DNA from: an uncultured Chloroflexia bacterium | GTDB lineage: Bacteria; Chloroflexota; Limnocylindria; Limnocylindrales; CSP1-4 | DNA length: 64,000 nt | Direction: 5' to 3' | NCBI GenBank assembly: GCA_963776925.1 | Contig: CAVZON010000002.1 | Span: forward strand, 66,130-130,129 | Part shown: piece by piece, positions 20,410-29,624 of the stretch | How positions within the stretch are numbered: position 1 is the first letter of the stretch | Layout: each line of letters opens with the position of its first letter | Position numbers and translations under genes: made by a program | Notes under the pieces: model-generated | What the model saw: only the letters and a program-made list of their open reading frames with translations | Database searches by the model: none | What the model was told of the DNA's origin: nothing

Positions 20410-21020
20410 ATGACCCGCTCCGTCGGCTCCCTTCGGATCGTCACCGCGTTCGTGGCGCTGGTCGCGCTCGTCGGCCCTCATCGCGCTGCCGGCGCTCGCC
20501 GCGGATCGCCCCGTCGACCGGTCGACCGAGGCCGTCGCGCCGCCCGCCGCCAGCGCCAAGCCGGACAAGAGCCCGAAGCCGGGCAAGGCGGCCAAGCCGA
20601 AGGGCGATCCGGTCACGGTGAGCGGCACGGTCGGGACGCGGACGGATGCCGATGGCCGGACCGAGTACACCCTGACGTCCGGCTCGACCGTCGTCGTCCT
20701 CGATGCCGGTCCGACCTGGTTCTATGGCGACGACCATCCGCTGGCCGATGACGTCGGCAAGCAGGTCTCGATCGCCGGGACGCAGCGCGCCGGCGAGGCG
20801 GAGGTCGACGTCGAGACCGTCGATGGTGTCGCGCATCCGCGAGCCCGGCAAGCCACCATGGGCCGGTGGCTGGAAGGCCGTCGGCTCGGCGCATCCCGGC
20901 TGGACCCAGGAGAAGGCCGACCGGTGGGCCGCCAAGCGGGCCGAGCAGGCCGCCCGCCACGGGGCGTCGTGCTGGCCGCCAGGCCATTGCAAGGACCAGC
21001 CCGCCGCGACCGGCGACTGA
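20410..21020 (+). pseudogene. Secreted Lys/Pro-rich protein of unknown function, with two frameshifts (~20478, ~20830).
   Basis: A signal-like N-terminus (MTRSVGSLRIVTAFVALVALVG) continues in frame 2 (LIALPALAADRP..KPDKSPKPGKAAKPKGDPVTVSGTVGTRTDADGRTEY..). It then continues in frame 0 (..PPWAGGWKAVGSAHPGWTQEKADRWAAKRAEQ..). Confidence 0.45.
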
Positions 21021-21052
21021 CCGCGACACTCGCCGCGGCGTAGCATCGCGGC

Positions 21053-21871
21053 ATGCGCCTTCCCGTCGCCCTCGTCCAGACCGATGCCGGCCCCGACGTC
21101 GAGGCCAACGTCGCACAGGCCGCCGCGCTCGCCGACGAGGCCGCTGCGGGCGGCGCCCGGCTCGTGGCCCTGCCCGAGTACCTCCAGTACCGCGGCCCGG
21201 ACGCCGGCTACCGCGCCTCCGCCCGGTCCGTGCCGGGACCCACGACCCAGCCCTTCGCCGAGGTCGCCCGGCGACGCGGGGCGTGGATCCTCGTCGGCAG
21301 CGTCGCCGAGACCTCGGACGACCCGGAGCGGCCGTACAACACGAGCGTCCTGATCGATCCGGATGGGTCGGTCGCGGCGCGCTACCGCAAGATCCACCTG
21401 TTCGATGTGGCCGTCGATGACGGCCCGGTCGATACCGAGTCCGCGCGGGTGTCGCCGGGGGAGGAGCCGGTCTGCGCCGACGTGGACGGTGTCCGCATCG
21501 GGCTGAGCGTGTGCTACGACCTGCGCTTCCCGGAGCTGTACCGCTCGCTCGCCCTCGCCGGTGCCGAGGTCCTGACCGTCCCCGCCAACTTCACCGAGCG
21601 CACGGGGCGTGACCACTGGGAGGTGCTCCTGCGCGCGCGGGCGATCGAGAACGGGGCCTACGTCCTGGCGCCGTCGCAGGTCAACGGCCCGCCCGGCTCA
21701 CCGGCGTACGGGCGCTCCACGATCGTCGACCCGTGGGGCACGGTCATCGCCCAGGCGCCGGACGTCGTCGGCATCATCCGGGCGGACATCGAGACGGACC
21801 GCGTCGCCGCGGTCCGTCGTCAGATCCCGTCGTTGGCCAACCGCCGTCCGGCGTCGTACCGGCTCGGCTGA
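21053..21871 (+). CDS. Carbon-nitrogen hydrolase (nitrilase-superfamily, Nit/omega-amidase-like).
   Basis: The catalytic E-K-C context is present (LVALPEY.., RYRKIHLFD, GLSVCYDLRFPELY) together with RARAIENGAYVL. The 272-aa ORF is intact. Confidence 0.8.
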   Translation: MRLPVALVQTDAGPDVEANVAQAAALADEAAAGGARLVALPEYLQYRGPDAGYRASARSVPGPTTQPFAEVARRRGAWILVGSVAETSDDPERPYNTSVLIDPDGSVAARYRKIHLFDVAVDDGPVDTESARVSPGEEPVCADVDGVRIGLSVCYDLRFPELYRSLALAGAEVLTVPANFTERTGRDHWEVLLRARAIENGAYVLAPSQVNGPPGSPAYGRSTIVDPWGTVIAQAPDVVGIIRADIETDRVAAVRRQIPSLANRRPASYRLG

Positions 21872-21901
21872 GCCGACGGCCGGCCGGTCAGGCCGGGCGG
21901 A

Positions 21902-23060
21902 TCACTTGATGAGCTGGACGCCGATGGCGCCGGCCCCTTCGATGGTCCCCGAGCCGACCGGCCCGGACGTGATGTAGCGGACGAACCAGCCGGCCATGCA
22001 GCGAGCTGCTGCCGTTGCCGCGGATGGGGACGAGGGTCGTGCCGTTGCCCTCGCAGGCCGCGTTGTTGCCGCCGTTCTGGTCCGACATGTAGTCGAGGTA
22101 GAAGGCCGTGACGCGGATGACGTGGTACTCGGCGTGCGAACCGCCACTCGTCACGCACTCGCCGTCGCAGATCGGGATGAGGACGACCTTGCCGGACAGG
22201 GCGTTGACCTCGTCGACCAGCTCCTTGGCGCAGTTGTTGCCGTTGTCGGACGGGACATGGACGGGGAACTCGACGAACTGGATGGCCGGCGGGTTGCGTG
22301 ACCTCCTCATCGCAGTTGTTCATCGGGCCGGGCGGGTCGAGCATGCCGTCGAGGTCGAGGATCATGAACGAGCCGCCTTCGGTCTTGCACAGGGGCACGA
22401 TGTACTCCTGGCCGATGGGGTGGCCGCCGTTCGGGTCCGGATCGCTGATCGTCCAGTTCGCCTCGCCGGCGCCGAGGTCGCCGTTGACGTCGCAGTCGAC
22501 GATGTTGACCGGGAAGACGACCGGCAGGAACATCGCCGCCGGTGAGCGCGCCGGTCACGGCCGTCGCCTCGGCCGAGGCGCTGAACTGGTCGATGCCGAG
22601 GACCCGGGCGAACGTCGTCCCGAACGACTGCGTGCCGCCGACCTGGACGCCCTGCGTGTTGGGCGGGATCGTGCCGACGACACCGACCTCGGCAGCGGCC
22701 GCCGTGTTGCCGACGACGACGCCGCCGCTGTTGAGCAGCTTGCCCTTGACATCGGTGTACCAGGCCTGGTGGCTGCCCAGGCGATTGGTGGTGGCGAGCG
22801 AGGCCATCGCGCTCGCGACGTCGGCGTCGGTCTTGGCCGTGCCGCCGAGCCGCTGGGCGAGGACGGTCGCCCCGGCATTGGCGACCGCGTCGGCCGCGTT
22901 CTGGACATCGCGCTGGTGGGCGTAGGCGTTGCCGGCTTCGACGACGAGCGACACGCCGCCGACCAGCGCCACCATGGCCATGGCCGCGATGACGATGACC
23001 TGGCCGCGCTGGCGCGGACGGCCGGACGGCACCGGGCGATCGGGGCGAGAGATGACGCAT
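21902..23060 (-). pseudogene. TadG-like (Tad/Flp pilus-assembly, pfam13400-like) protein, cassette copy B, with about 4 frameshifts.
   Basis: ATG 23060 has a GAGGAAG RBS. N-terminus: RGQVIVIAAMAMVALVGGVSLVVEAGNAYAHQRDVQNAADA. Later pieces are in ORFs 21820..22533, 21888..22310 and 21902..22147. It ends ..FVRYITSGPVGSGTIEGAGAIGVQLIK. Confidence 0.65.
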
Positions 23061-23071
23061 GGATGGCTTCC

Positions 23072-23587
23072 TCATGGCTGCTTCGGGCAGAGCGCCGCGG
23101 CCGCCCCATCCGTCGGGACGAGCGGGCAGCTGTATTCGACCGACAGCACGGACTTCGCTTCGAAGGTCACCCCGCTCGCGAAGATGATGTTGCTGATGAA
23201 CGGGGTGATCGGGTTGTACGTCGCCTCGAAGCTGACGACGGCAAGGCAGCCGACGGCGATCGTCGCGCACGGGATCGACAGGTCCGGCGTGCCGTCGCTC
23301 TTGACCTGGACGAAGTCGATGTCGACGCTCGGGTCGTTGAGCTCGACGATCGCGGTCTGCTGCTTGGCCCGGGCGATGATGCTCGGCTTGTACTGGTTGA
23401 CGATGGCGGTCCGGGCGCCCTCGCGGGCGGCGTTGGTCAGCGTGTTGTAGGCGAACACCGCCCGACCGAGGTCGAACAGGCCGACGAGCAGGAGCAGGAA
23501 CAGCGGGATGATCAGTGCGAACTCGACGAGGGCCTGTCCGCGGCGGCGGTCGCCATGGACCAAGCGGTGTGTGGGTCTGGAGTTCAT
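23072..23587 (-). CDS. TadE-like pseudopilin (small), cassette copy B.
   Basis: Reads MNSRPTHRLVHGDRRRGQALVEFALIIPLFLLLLVGLFDLGRAVFAYNTLTNAAREGAR. The ATG overlaps the upstream stop (ATGA). Confidence 0.7.
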   Translation of the reverse strand: MNSRPTHRLVHGDRRRGQALVEFALIIPLFLLLLVGLFDLGRAVFAYNTLTNAAREGARTAIVNQYKPSIIARAKQQTAIVELNDPSVDIDFVQVKSDGTPDLSIPCATIAVGCLAVVSFEATYNPITPFISNIIFASGVTFEAKSVLSVEYSCPLVPTDGAAAALCPKQP

Positions 23588-24786
23588 TGTCGATTCACCG
23601 TGATGCTGCTGTTGCAGGGGACGGACGTCGGATACGTCAACGACTGCGACGTGATGACGTAGTTGCCGTTCGGCGCGCCCGGGCCGTCGGACACCGTGCC
23701 GGTGAATCCGTCGCCGGGCCAGATGCCCGGGGCGTTGTTGCGGTGCTCGCCCTCGAGCTTCGGCACCTCGCACAGGCCGGATCCGACCGTGACCGTCTTG
23801 CTCACGGTCAGGGTCTCGGTCGGATAGGTGACCGTGAGGGTGACCGTGAACGTGCCTGCGGTGGTGTAGGTATGCGTCGTGGTCTGCCCGGTCCCGGTGC
23901 CCTCACCCGTCCCGAACGACCAGTCCCATGCGGTCGCGCCAGTGGCCGAGGCATCGGTGAAGGTCACCAGCGACGGGATGTTGGGGGCGGACTGGGTGAA
24001 CGTGAAGTCGGTGGTCGTCGGCGAGGTGACCGTCACGCCCATCGACGTCGTGCTCGTGCCCGTCGAGTTCGTCGCGGTCATCTTCGACCACGTAGGTGCC
24101 GGGGGTCGTGAAGGTATGGCCGAGCGGGTCCTGGGCGATGGAGGTCGTGCCGTCATCGGGGAAGTTCCACAGCCAGCTGCTCGGCGAGCCACCGGACGTG
24201 TCGCGGAAGACGACCGTGAACGGGGCCGTGCCGCTGATCGCGTTGGGAGCGAGCGTGCCGTTGCCGGTGAACGCGGCGCTCGGGGCGGGAAGTGCCTGGA
24301 CCCCCCGCGCCGGGATCGGTCATCCCGGCCTTGACCGGGAAGGTCGAGGACGACGAGACGGTGATCGACCCGCCGAGGACGTTGGAGATGCCCGGGCGTG
24401 ATGACGCCGAACGTGCACGACATCGCGACCGTCACGGTGTCGCCGATGTTCGTGCCGCTGAAGACGGGCGCGGGGGCGGTCGGCTTGCCACCGACCATGG
24501 GGAGCTGGCAGTTCGTGGCAGACGCGTCGTTGCGGATCTGCGCCTGATAGGTCGCCAGGACGTCGGGTTCGCCGCCGCCGCTCCACGCGGTCGGGTTGTT
24601 GGCCGCGGTGTTGGCGGCGATCCGGGTCATGCTCTGGAGGTTGATCCAGCCGAGGTACACGCGCCCGAAGTCGAGGGCGATGACCGTGAGGAACAGCAGG
24701 ATCGGCACGACGAGGGCGAACTCGACCAGGCTCTGGCCGCGGTTCCGCTCGCGTCGGCGTGGGCGCTCGGTCGACAGGTGGCGCAT
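23584..24786 (-). pseudogene. TadE-like N-terminus, two PKD-like domains and one PASTA-like C-terminal repeat, cassette copy B. Three frameshifts sum to zero.
   Basis: MRHLSTERPRRRERNRGQSLVEFALVVPILLF.. The central part of the 420-aa ORF is Arg/Ser/Pro junk. The other two frames read ISNVLGGSITVSSSSTFPV and APSAAFTGNGTLAPNAISGTAPFTVVFRDTSGGSPSSWLWNFPDDGTTSIAQDPLGHTFTTPGTYVV (PKD). The second PKD (FTFTQSAPNIPSLVTFTDAS..WDWSFGTGEGTG..HTYTTAGTFTVTLTV) and the C-terminus are in frame. Confidence 0.7.
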
Positions 24787-24941
24787 CAGGGTCCCTGGGT
24801 GCAAGAAGCGGGTCATGGCGCCGATGCTCGGCGTGGCACCTTGCACGGTCCCTTAAATCGGTGCGCGACTGCATAGCCCGGAAGGGCCACCGATGGGGGC
24901 GAGATGGTCAGCACCCGCAGGTCGCCCTGGCCAAGTCCGGG

Positions 24942-24983
24942 GCGCAAAAGCAGAAGGGCCGCGCCCACCGGCGCGGCCCTTCT
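24942..24983 (-). terminator. Rho-independent terminator after TadG-like copy A.
   Basis: On the minus strand: AGAAGGGCCGCGCC-GGTG-GGCGCGGCCCTTCT (14-bp perfect stem) followed by GCTTTTGCG. It lies about 20 nt downstream of the stop at 25005. Confidence 0.6.
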
Positions 24984-25004
24984 GCGTTCCCCGAACGGGA
25001 TGAG

Positions 25005-26134
25005 CTACTTGATGAGCTGGACGCTGAAGCCGGTTCCGGGCGTACACCCGCCGACCGGGCACGGCGGACCGACCGGCCCTTCCGTGATGAAGGTGACGAA
25101 CGCGCCGCGGAGACACTCCCTGGCATTCGTCACGCCGCACTCGACCTCGTTGTTGCCGTTGATGAAGGCGCCCTTCGGGTCATCGAGCTGGAACGAGAGG
25201 AACTTGGTGATGTGATACCACTGGTTCACGCCTTCGCCCCCGGGCGGAACAGGGCAACCGTCCAATTCGTTGTTCGTCGGCTCCTCGTCGCAGGTGCTGT
25301 CGAAGAAGGGCAGCAACACCAACTCGCCGGCGTATTCGTTGATCGCGTTCTCGACCGTCAGCGCGCTGATATCACCCGTCTCCGTGATGTACTGCCAGGA
25401 CGGCAGCGGGACCGAGATGTCGGGCGGATTCTCGATCACGTCCACGATCTCATTCGTTCCACCGGCGGGAGGCGTCCAGTCGAGCCATCCGACGCTTCCG
25501 GGATTGCCGCCGCACAGCGGTAGCGTGATCAGCTGACCGACCTCCCATGCCTGTGGTGGAAAGATCGGCGCGGTCTTGCCGTTGTTCGTGCACGCGAAGA
25601 CGGTCACCGGATAGGTGATCGGGAAGCAGGTTGCATCCCGTCTCCACGTCGACGCAGCCCGTCGTCGGTCCGGAGACGGCGGTCGCCGTTTGGCCGATGT
25701 GGAACTCATTCATGCCGATGACCCGGACCAGGAAGGTCTCCTGATCCTTCGCGCCGTCGACCTTGACACCAGCCGCCCCAGAAGGGATGAAGCCGCTCGG
25801 CAGGACGGGCGGGTTCCCTGCGAGGGGATTCCCTTGCCAATCGGTGTAATGCGCCGCGTCGACGGTGACCTCGTTCTGGGCGGCGGTCCCCGTGATCGCG
25901 TTCCATACGTCCGCGCCCACCTTCGGCGCAGACGTGATCGGCCTGGTGTTGCGCCAGGACCAGCGCGCCGGCTCGTGCCGCGGCGTCTGCGCCGTTCTGT
26001 GTCGACCGCATCTGCGCCCAGGCGAACCCGACGTCGACGACCAGACCGACGCCGAGGACGATCGCCACCAGGCCTCCCGCAAGAAGGACGATGACCTGGC
26101 CCGACTGGCCGGTGCGCTGACGACGGGTGTTCAT
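25005..26134 (-). pseudogene. TadG-like protein, cassette copy A, with about 2 frameshifts (~25950, ~25625).
   Basis: Reads MNTRRQRTGQSGQVIVLLAGGLVAIVLGVGLVVDVGFAWAQMRSTQNGADAAARAG. It continues in ORF 25450..26082 and then ORF 25005..25709. It ends ..FVTFITEGPVGPPCPVGGCTPGTGFSVQLIK, the same terminus as copy B. Confidence 0.65.
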
Positions 26135-26150
26135 GGAGTCGAACCTCGGC

Positions 26151-26549
26151 CTACGGAGAGACATACACGCGCTCGATGGGCATCTGCGTGGTCGACGAGA
26201 CCGTGATCGGCCCGACGATGGAGGACATCAGGGGGGTGATCGCCGACCATTGGTAGTCGACGGTGACGACCGCCTCGCAGCCGATCTTGATCGGCGGCGC
26301 GCAGGTCGTGAACGTGACGGTCATGAGGGTCGGGTCAAGGCTGATCGCCGTCGCCCGAGCGTCGTCCTCGACCACGTCCGGGTTCTGGTCGACGATCGCG
26401 GCCCTCGCTCCCTCACGGGCGGCATTGGAGACGAGGTTGTAGGCGAAGATCGCCCGTCCGAAGTCGAAGATGCCCAGCAGGATCAGCAGCAACACGGGCA
26501 GGACGAACGCGACCTCGACGAGTGACTGGCCCTCTCGTCGGCGGATCAC
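26151..26549 (-). CDS. TadE-like pseudopilin (small), cassette copy A.
   Basis: An internal GTG at 26549 is preceded by AGGGAA. Reads VIRRREGQSLVEVAFVLPVLLLILLGIFDFGRAIFAYNLVSNAAREGARAA. It is in-frame with the upstream gene, with no intervening stop. Confidence 0.65.
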   Translation of the reverse strand: MIRRREGQSLVEVAFVLPVLLLILLGIFDFGRAIFAYNLVSNAAREGARAAIVDQNPDVVEDDARATAISLDPTLMTVTFTTCAPPIKIGCEAVVTVDYQWSAITPLMSSIVGPITVSSTTQMPIERVYVSP

Positions 26550-27698
26550 GGGTTGTTCCCTGCGCTGGTGGCTCAACTCGATCTCCGCGGTGCAGTTGAT
26601 CTTCGTCCCACCGACGAGTGATTGCGAGACGACAAGGAACGTACCGCCGCGGGAGAAGTCGAGGTTGGCCACGTCAAACCCGGCCTGCGTCCACGTCGTG
26701 GCGGCAAGGTTCGACATCGTGTTCACGAAGCTCGGAACCGTGCACGGCGGCGGCGGTGGCGTGGGCCACCCGGGGCCATGCGCGACGATCACCGCGGTCG
26801 TCGGCGGCACGCAAGCGCCCGGCGAGGCATCCGGGTCCGTCACCTGGCTCAGGACGACCCGGGTGTCATTGCCGGTCGGCAGGAACGCACCCGTGAAACC
26901 GTCGGCCGTCCACGTGTCCCTGGCATCCGCGACGCTGATCCCGACGAGGTTCGGCAGCGTCTGGCAGCCCGCGACGACCGGTTCGATCGGCTCGAGCGTC
27001 ACGGTCAGCGTCGAGTCGAAATACCGCTCCGAACCGGAGCACCCCTCGGTATTCGACGCTTCGGTGACCGACTGGTTGTCGACGGTACGGGTGTCATCAC
27101 CCGTCGCGGGAACGACCTGACCGGCTGGGAAACCCGCCGATTCCCAGGCAAGCCTCGCACCGGCGACCGACATGCCGATCACGTTCGGGACGGTTCGGCA
27201 CAGGTCATCGGGAGGGGGCGGCGGCGGGGCTCCGGGCCCAGTCGGACAGTCGGCAAGGCAGCCGGACGTGATGGGGAATGCGGACGAGGAGCTCACCGTC
27301 ACGGTGTTTCCCACGATCGCGCCGATGATCGGCGTGAGGATCGTGAAGTCGCAGGAGAGGTTGACCCGAACGACGTCGCCGGGATCCTTCGTCGGTCCGA
27401 ACACGGGCGCCGCCGCCGGATCGGGATCGGGCGTGCAGTTGATGGCGTCCATGTTGTCGGCCATCAGGATCTGGTAGGTGGACCCGGCAGCCCAGCTGTC
27501 GTTCGGATGCTGCGCGGCGTAGTTCGCGCCGACCCTGGCCGCATTGTTCAGCGACACCCAGCCGAGGAATGCCCGCCCGAAGTCGATCGTGACCAGGAGG
27601 AGCAGGATCAGGACGGGCAGGATGAGGGCGAACTCGACGACCGTTTGGCCACGCGATGGTCGGCGATCTCGGCGGCGGTGCAGGAGCGGGATGCGCAT
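26550..27698 (-). CDS. TadE-like N-terminus fused to three PASTA-like repeats, cassette copy A. It has no stop codon of its own.
   Basis: MRIPLLHRRRDRRPSRGQTVVEFALILPVLILLLL, poly-Pro linkers, and repeats CRTVPNVIGMSVAGARLAWESAGF.., CQTLPNLVGISVADARDTWTADGF.. and CTVPSFVNTMSNLAATTWTQAGF... It forms part of the 636-aa ORF 26151..28061. Confidence 0.65.
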
Positions 27699-27869
27699 GG
27701 GTCCCCCGGTCGGGTTGGTACGAAGGTACCGGATGGTGCCCGGCCGACCTTGCAGTGCACCTTGCGCGTGGTGCCGTCGAGCGACACCTGGACGGAGGTC
27801 GTAGGACAGGACCGGACGGGACCAGTAGGTGGGTTGGAACCGGCCGGGCGAGCGCGCACCATCCGCGCC

Positions 27870-28088
27870 ATGACCAAGCGCTTCTTCGCCGCGATGCTGT
27901 GGTTCTACACCGGCTGGTATGCCGGGGCGATGCTCGCCGAGTTCATCGGCGTCAGCCCCGTGCTCGGCCCGTTGATCGGCGCCGCCGCGGCCGGCCTGAT
28001 CGCGGGCGACCCGCGCCACCTCATCTGGAAGCGCTCGACGGCCCCGTCGGGAGCGATGCAAGTGGAGGCCGTGGCCGAGCCGGCCTGA
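27870..28088 (+). CDS. Small (72-aa) two-helix membrane protein, hypothetical.
   Basis: Reads MTKRFFAAMLWFYTGWYAGAMLAEFIGVSPVLGPLIGAAAAGLIAG... It is followed by a strong hairpin. There is no homology call. Confidence 0.35.
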   Translation: MTKRFFAAMLWFYTGWYAGAMLAEFIGVSPVLGPLIGAAAAGLIAGDPRHLIWKRSTAPSGAMQVEAVAEPA

Positions 28089-28105
28089 CCGCCTTCACGG
28101 AACAA

Positions 28106-28143
28106 GGTGAGCCCCGGGCGCCTGTCGTCGCCCGGGGCTCACC
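28106..28143. terminator. Perfect 15-bp stem hairpin between convergent genes, a possible bidirectional terminator.
   Basis: GGTGAGCCCCGGGCG-cctgtcgt-CGCCCGGGGCTCACC. There is no clear U-tract. Confidence 0.45.
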
Positions 28144-28220
28144 CGTTCCCCAGATGTATTCGATGATGAGGGTCCGGTACGACGCGGCGGTGCAGGACGG
28201 CACCGTCCGAGGTGCGCTGC

Positions 28221-29624
28221 CTAGCCTTCCTCGGCTGATTCCCCGGGCAGGATGACCGTGAACGCCGCCCCGCGACCGGCCATCGCCGGCTCGAGGACGA
28301 GGTCGCCCTGCATCGCTCGACACAGCTCGCGGGACACGTAGAGACCCAGGCCGCTGCCGCCGTCCGGCGCTGCTTCGCCGCCCCGAGCGAAGCGAGCGAA
28401 CAGCCGCTCGCGGTCGGCTTCGGCGATGCCTGGCCCGCCATCGGCGATGGTCAGCCGGGCCTGACGGGCAGCCGCGTCGGCCACGATCGTCGCGCTGACC
28501 GGCGTCCCGCCGCCGTACTTCACGGCGTTGTCGAGCAGGGCCCACAGGACCTGGTCGAGCTGGTCCGCGTCGGCGACGGCGAGCCAGCCGCCGGCCGCGT
28601 CGTCGAGGGTGAACGCGACATCGTCGACGCCGAGCGCCTCCCACGCCTTGCGGACCCGCGTCCCGAGGGCGAGGACCTCGCTCCGTGGCCGCAGCGCACC
28701 CGACTCGAGCCGGGTGACCGTCAACAGCTGGCGGACCATCCGGGACAGCCGCTCCGACTGCTCGGCGATGATCCCGAGCCGTCGATCCGGCCGCGCCTCA
28801 TCGAGCTGCTCCGCGTATGCCCGGATGCTCGTGAGCGGGGTCTGGAGGTTGTGGCTCACGCCACGCAGGAAGTCGTCCTTGGCCGCGTCGAGCTCGAGCA
28901 GCTGCTGGTTCTGGTCCTCGATGGTGGCGAACAGCTGGGCGTTGCGGATCGCGGCGGCCATCGCACTCGCGAACAGCTCGAGCAGGTCCTGGTCGGCGGG
29001 CTCCCAGCGTCGCGTCGCCGGCAGACGACCGATGAGCACCCCGAGGTCGCCGCCGCCGGCACGGAGGACCGCGCGCAACGGCCGCGAGACACCGGGGACG
29101 ACCTCTTCCTCCTCGACCGTCCTCGGATCGCCCAGCACGACCAGCGCATCGATCAGCGCGAAGGCCGACGTGGCTTCGGTGGCCGCGCGGTCGACGAGGC
29201 TCTCGACGTCGTCGCGTGGCGAGACCTCGTCGATGGCGGCCAGGATCCGGCCGAGCTCGCGGTTGCGCCGTGACAGGTCGGCGGCGAGGCGGTTGTGGCT
29301 CTCGGCGAGTCGAGCCAGCTCGTCATCGCCGGTCACCGGCATCGGTGTCGACAGGTCGCCGGCCGACACGCGGTCGACGGCCGACGCCACCGAGCGGAGC
29401 GGTGCGAGGAGGGCGCCGGTGATGGCGAACGCGGCGAGGATGGCCAGCGCCAGGATGCTGACGATCGTGAACAGCAGGATCGGGCCGGCCGTGCCGCCGC
29501 TGACCGGGCCCCCGAGCACGCGCTCCAGGATGACGACGACGACGAGCAGCGCCAGGAGCGGGACGACCGCGGTCAGGATCAGGGCCAGGGTGAGCCGGGC
29601 GCGGAACCCGAGTCGGTCGCTCAC
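28221..29624 (-). CDS. Sensor histidine kinase (2 TM, HAMP, GAF-like, HisKA, HATPase_c).
   Basis: GTG 29624 overlaps the regulator's stop (GTGA). It has HAMP (LAPLRSVASAVDRVSAGDL..DELARLAESHNRLA), an H-box (FLRGVSHNLQTPLTSI), an N-box (LDNAVKYGG) and a G-box (GSGLGLYVSREL). Confidence 0.85.
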   Translation of the reverse strand: MSDRLGFRARLTLALILTAVVPLLALLVVVVILERVLGGPVSGGTAGPILLFTIVSILALAILAAFAITGALLAPLRSVASAVDRVSAGDLSTPMPVTGDDELARLAESHNRLAADLSRRNRELGRILAAIDEVSPRDDVESLVDRAATEATSAFALIDALVVLGDPRTVEEEEVVPGVSRPLRAVLRAGGGDLGVLIGRLPATRRWEPADQDLLELFASAMAAAIRNAQLFATIEDQNQQLLELDAAKDDFLRGVSHNLQTPLTSIRAYAEQLDEARPDRRLGIIAEQSERLSRMVRQLLTVTRLESGALRPRSEVLALGTRVRKAWEALGVDDVAFTLDDAAGGWLAVADADQLDQVLWALLDNAVKYGGGTPVSATIVADAAARQARLTIADGGPGIAEADRERLFARFARGGEAAPDGGSGLGLYVSRELCRAMQGDLVLEPAMAGRGAAFTVILPGESAEEG

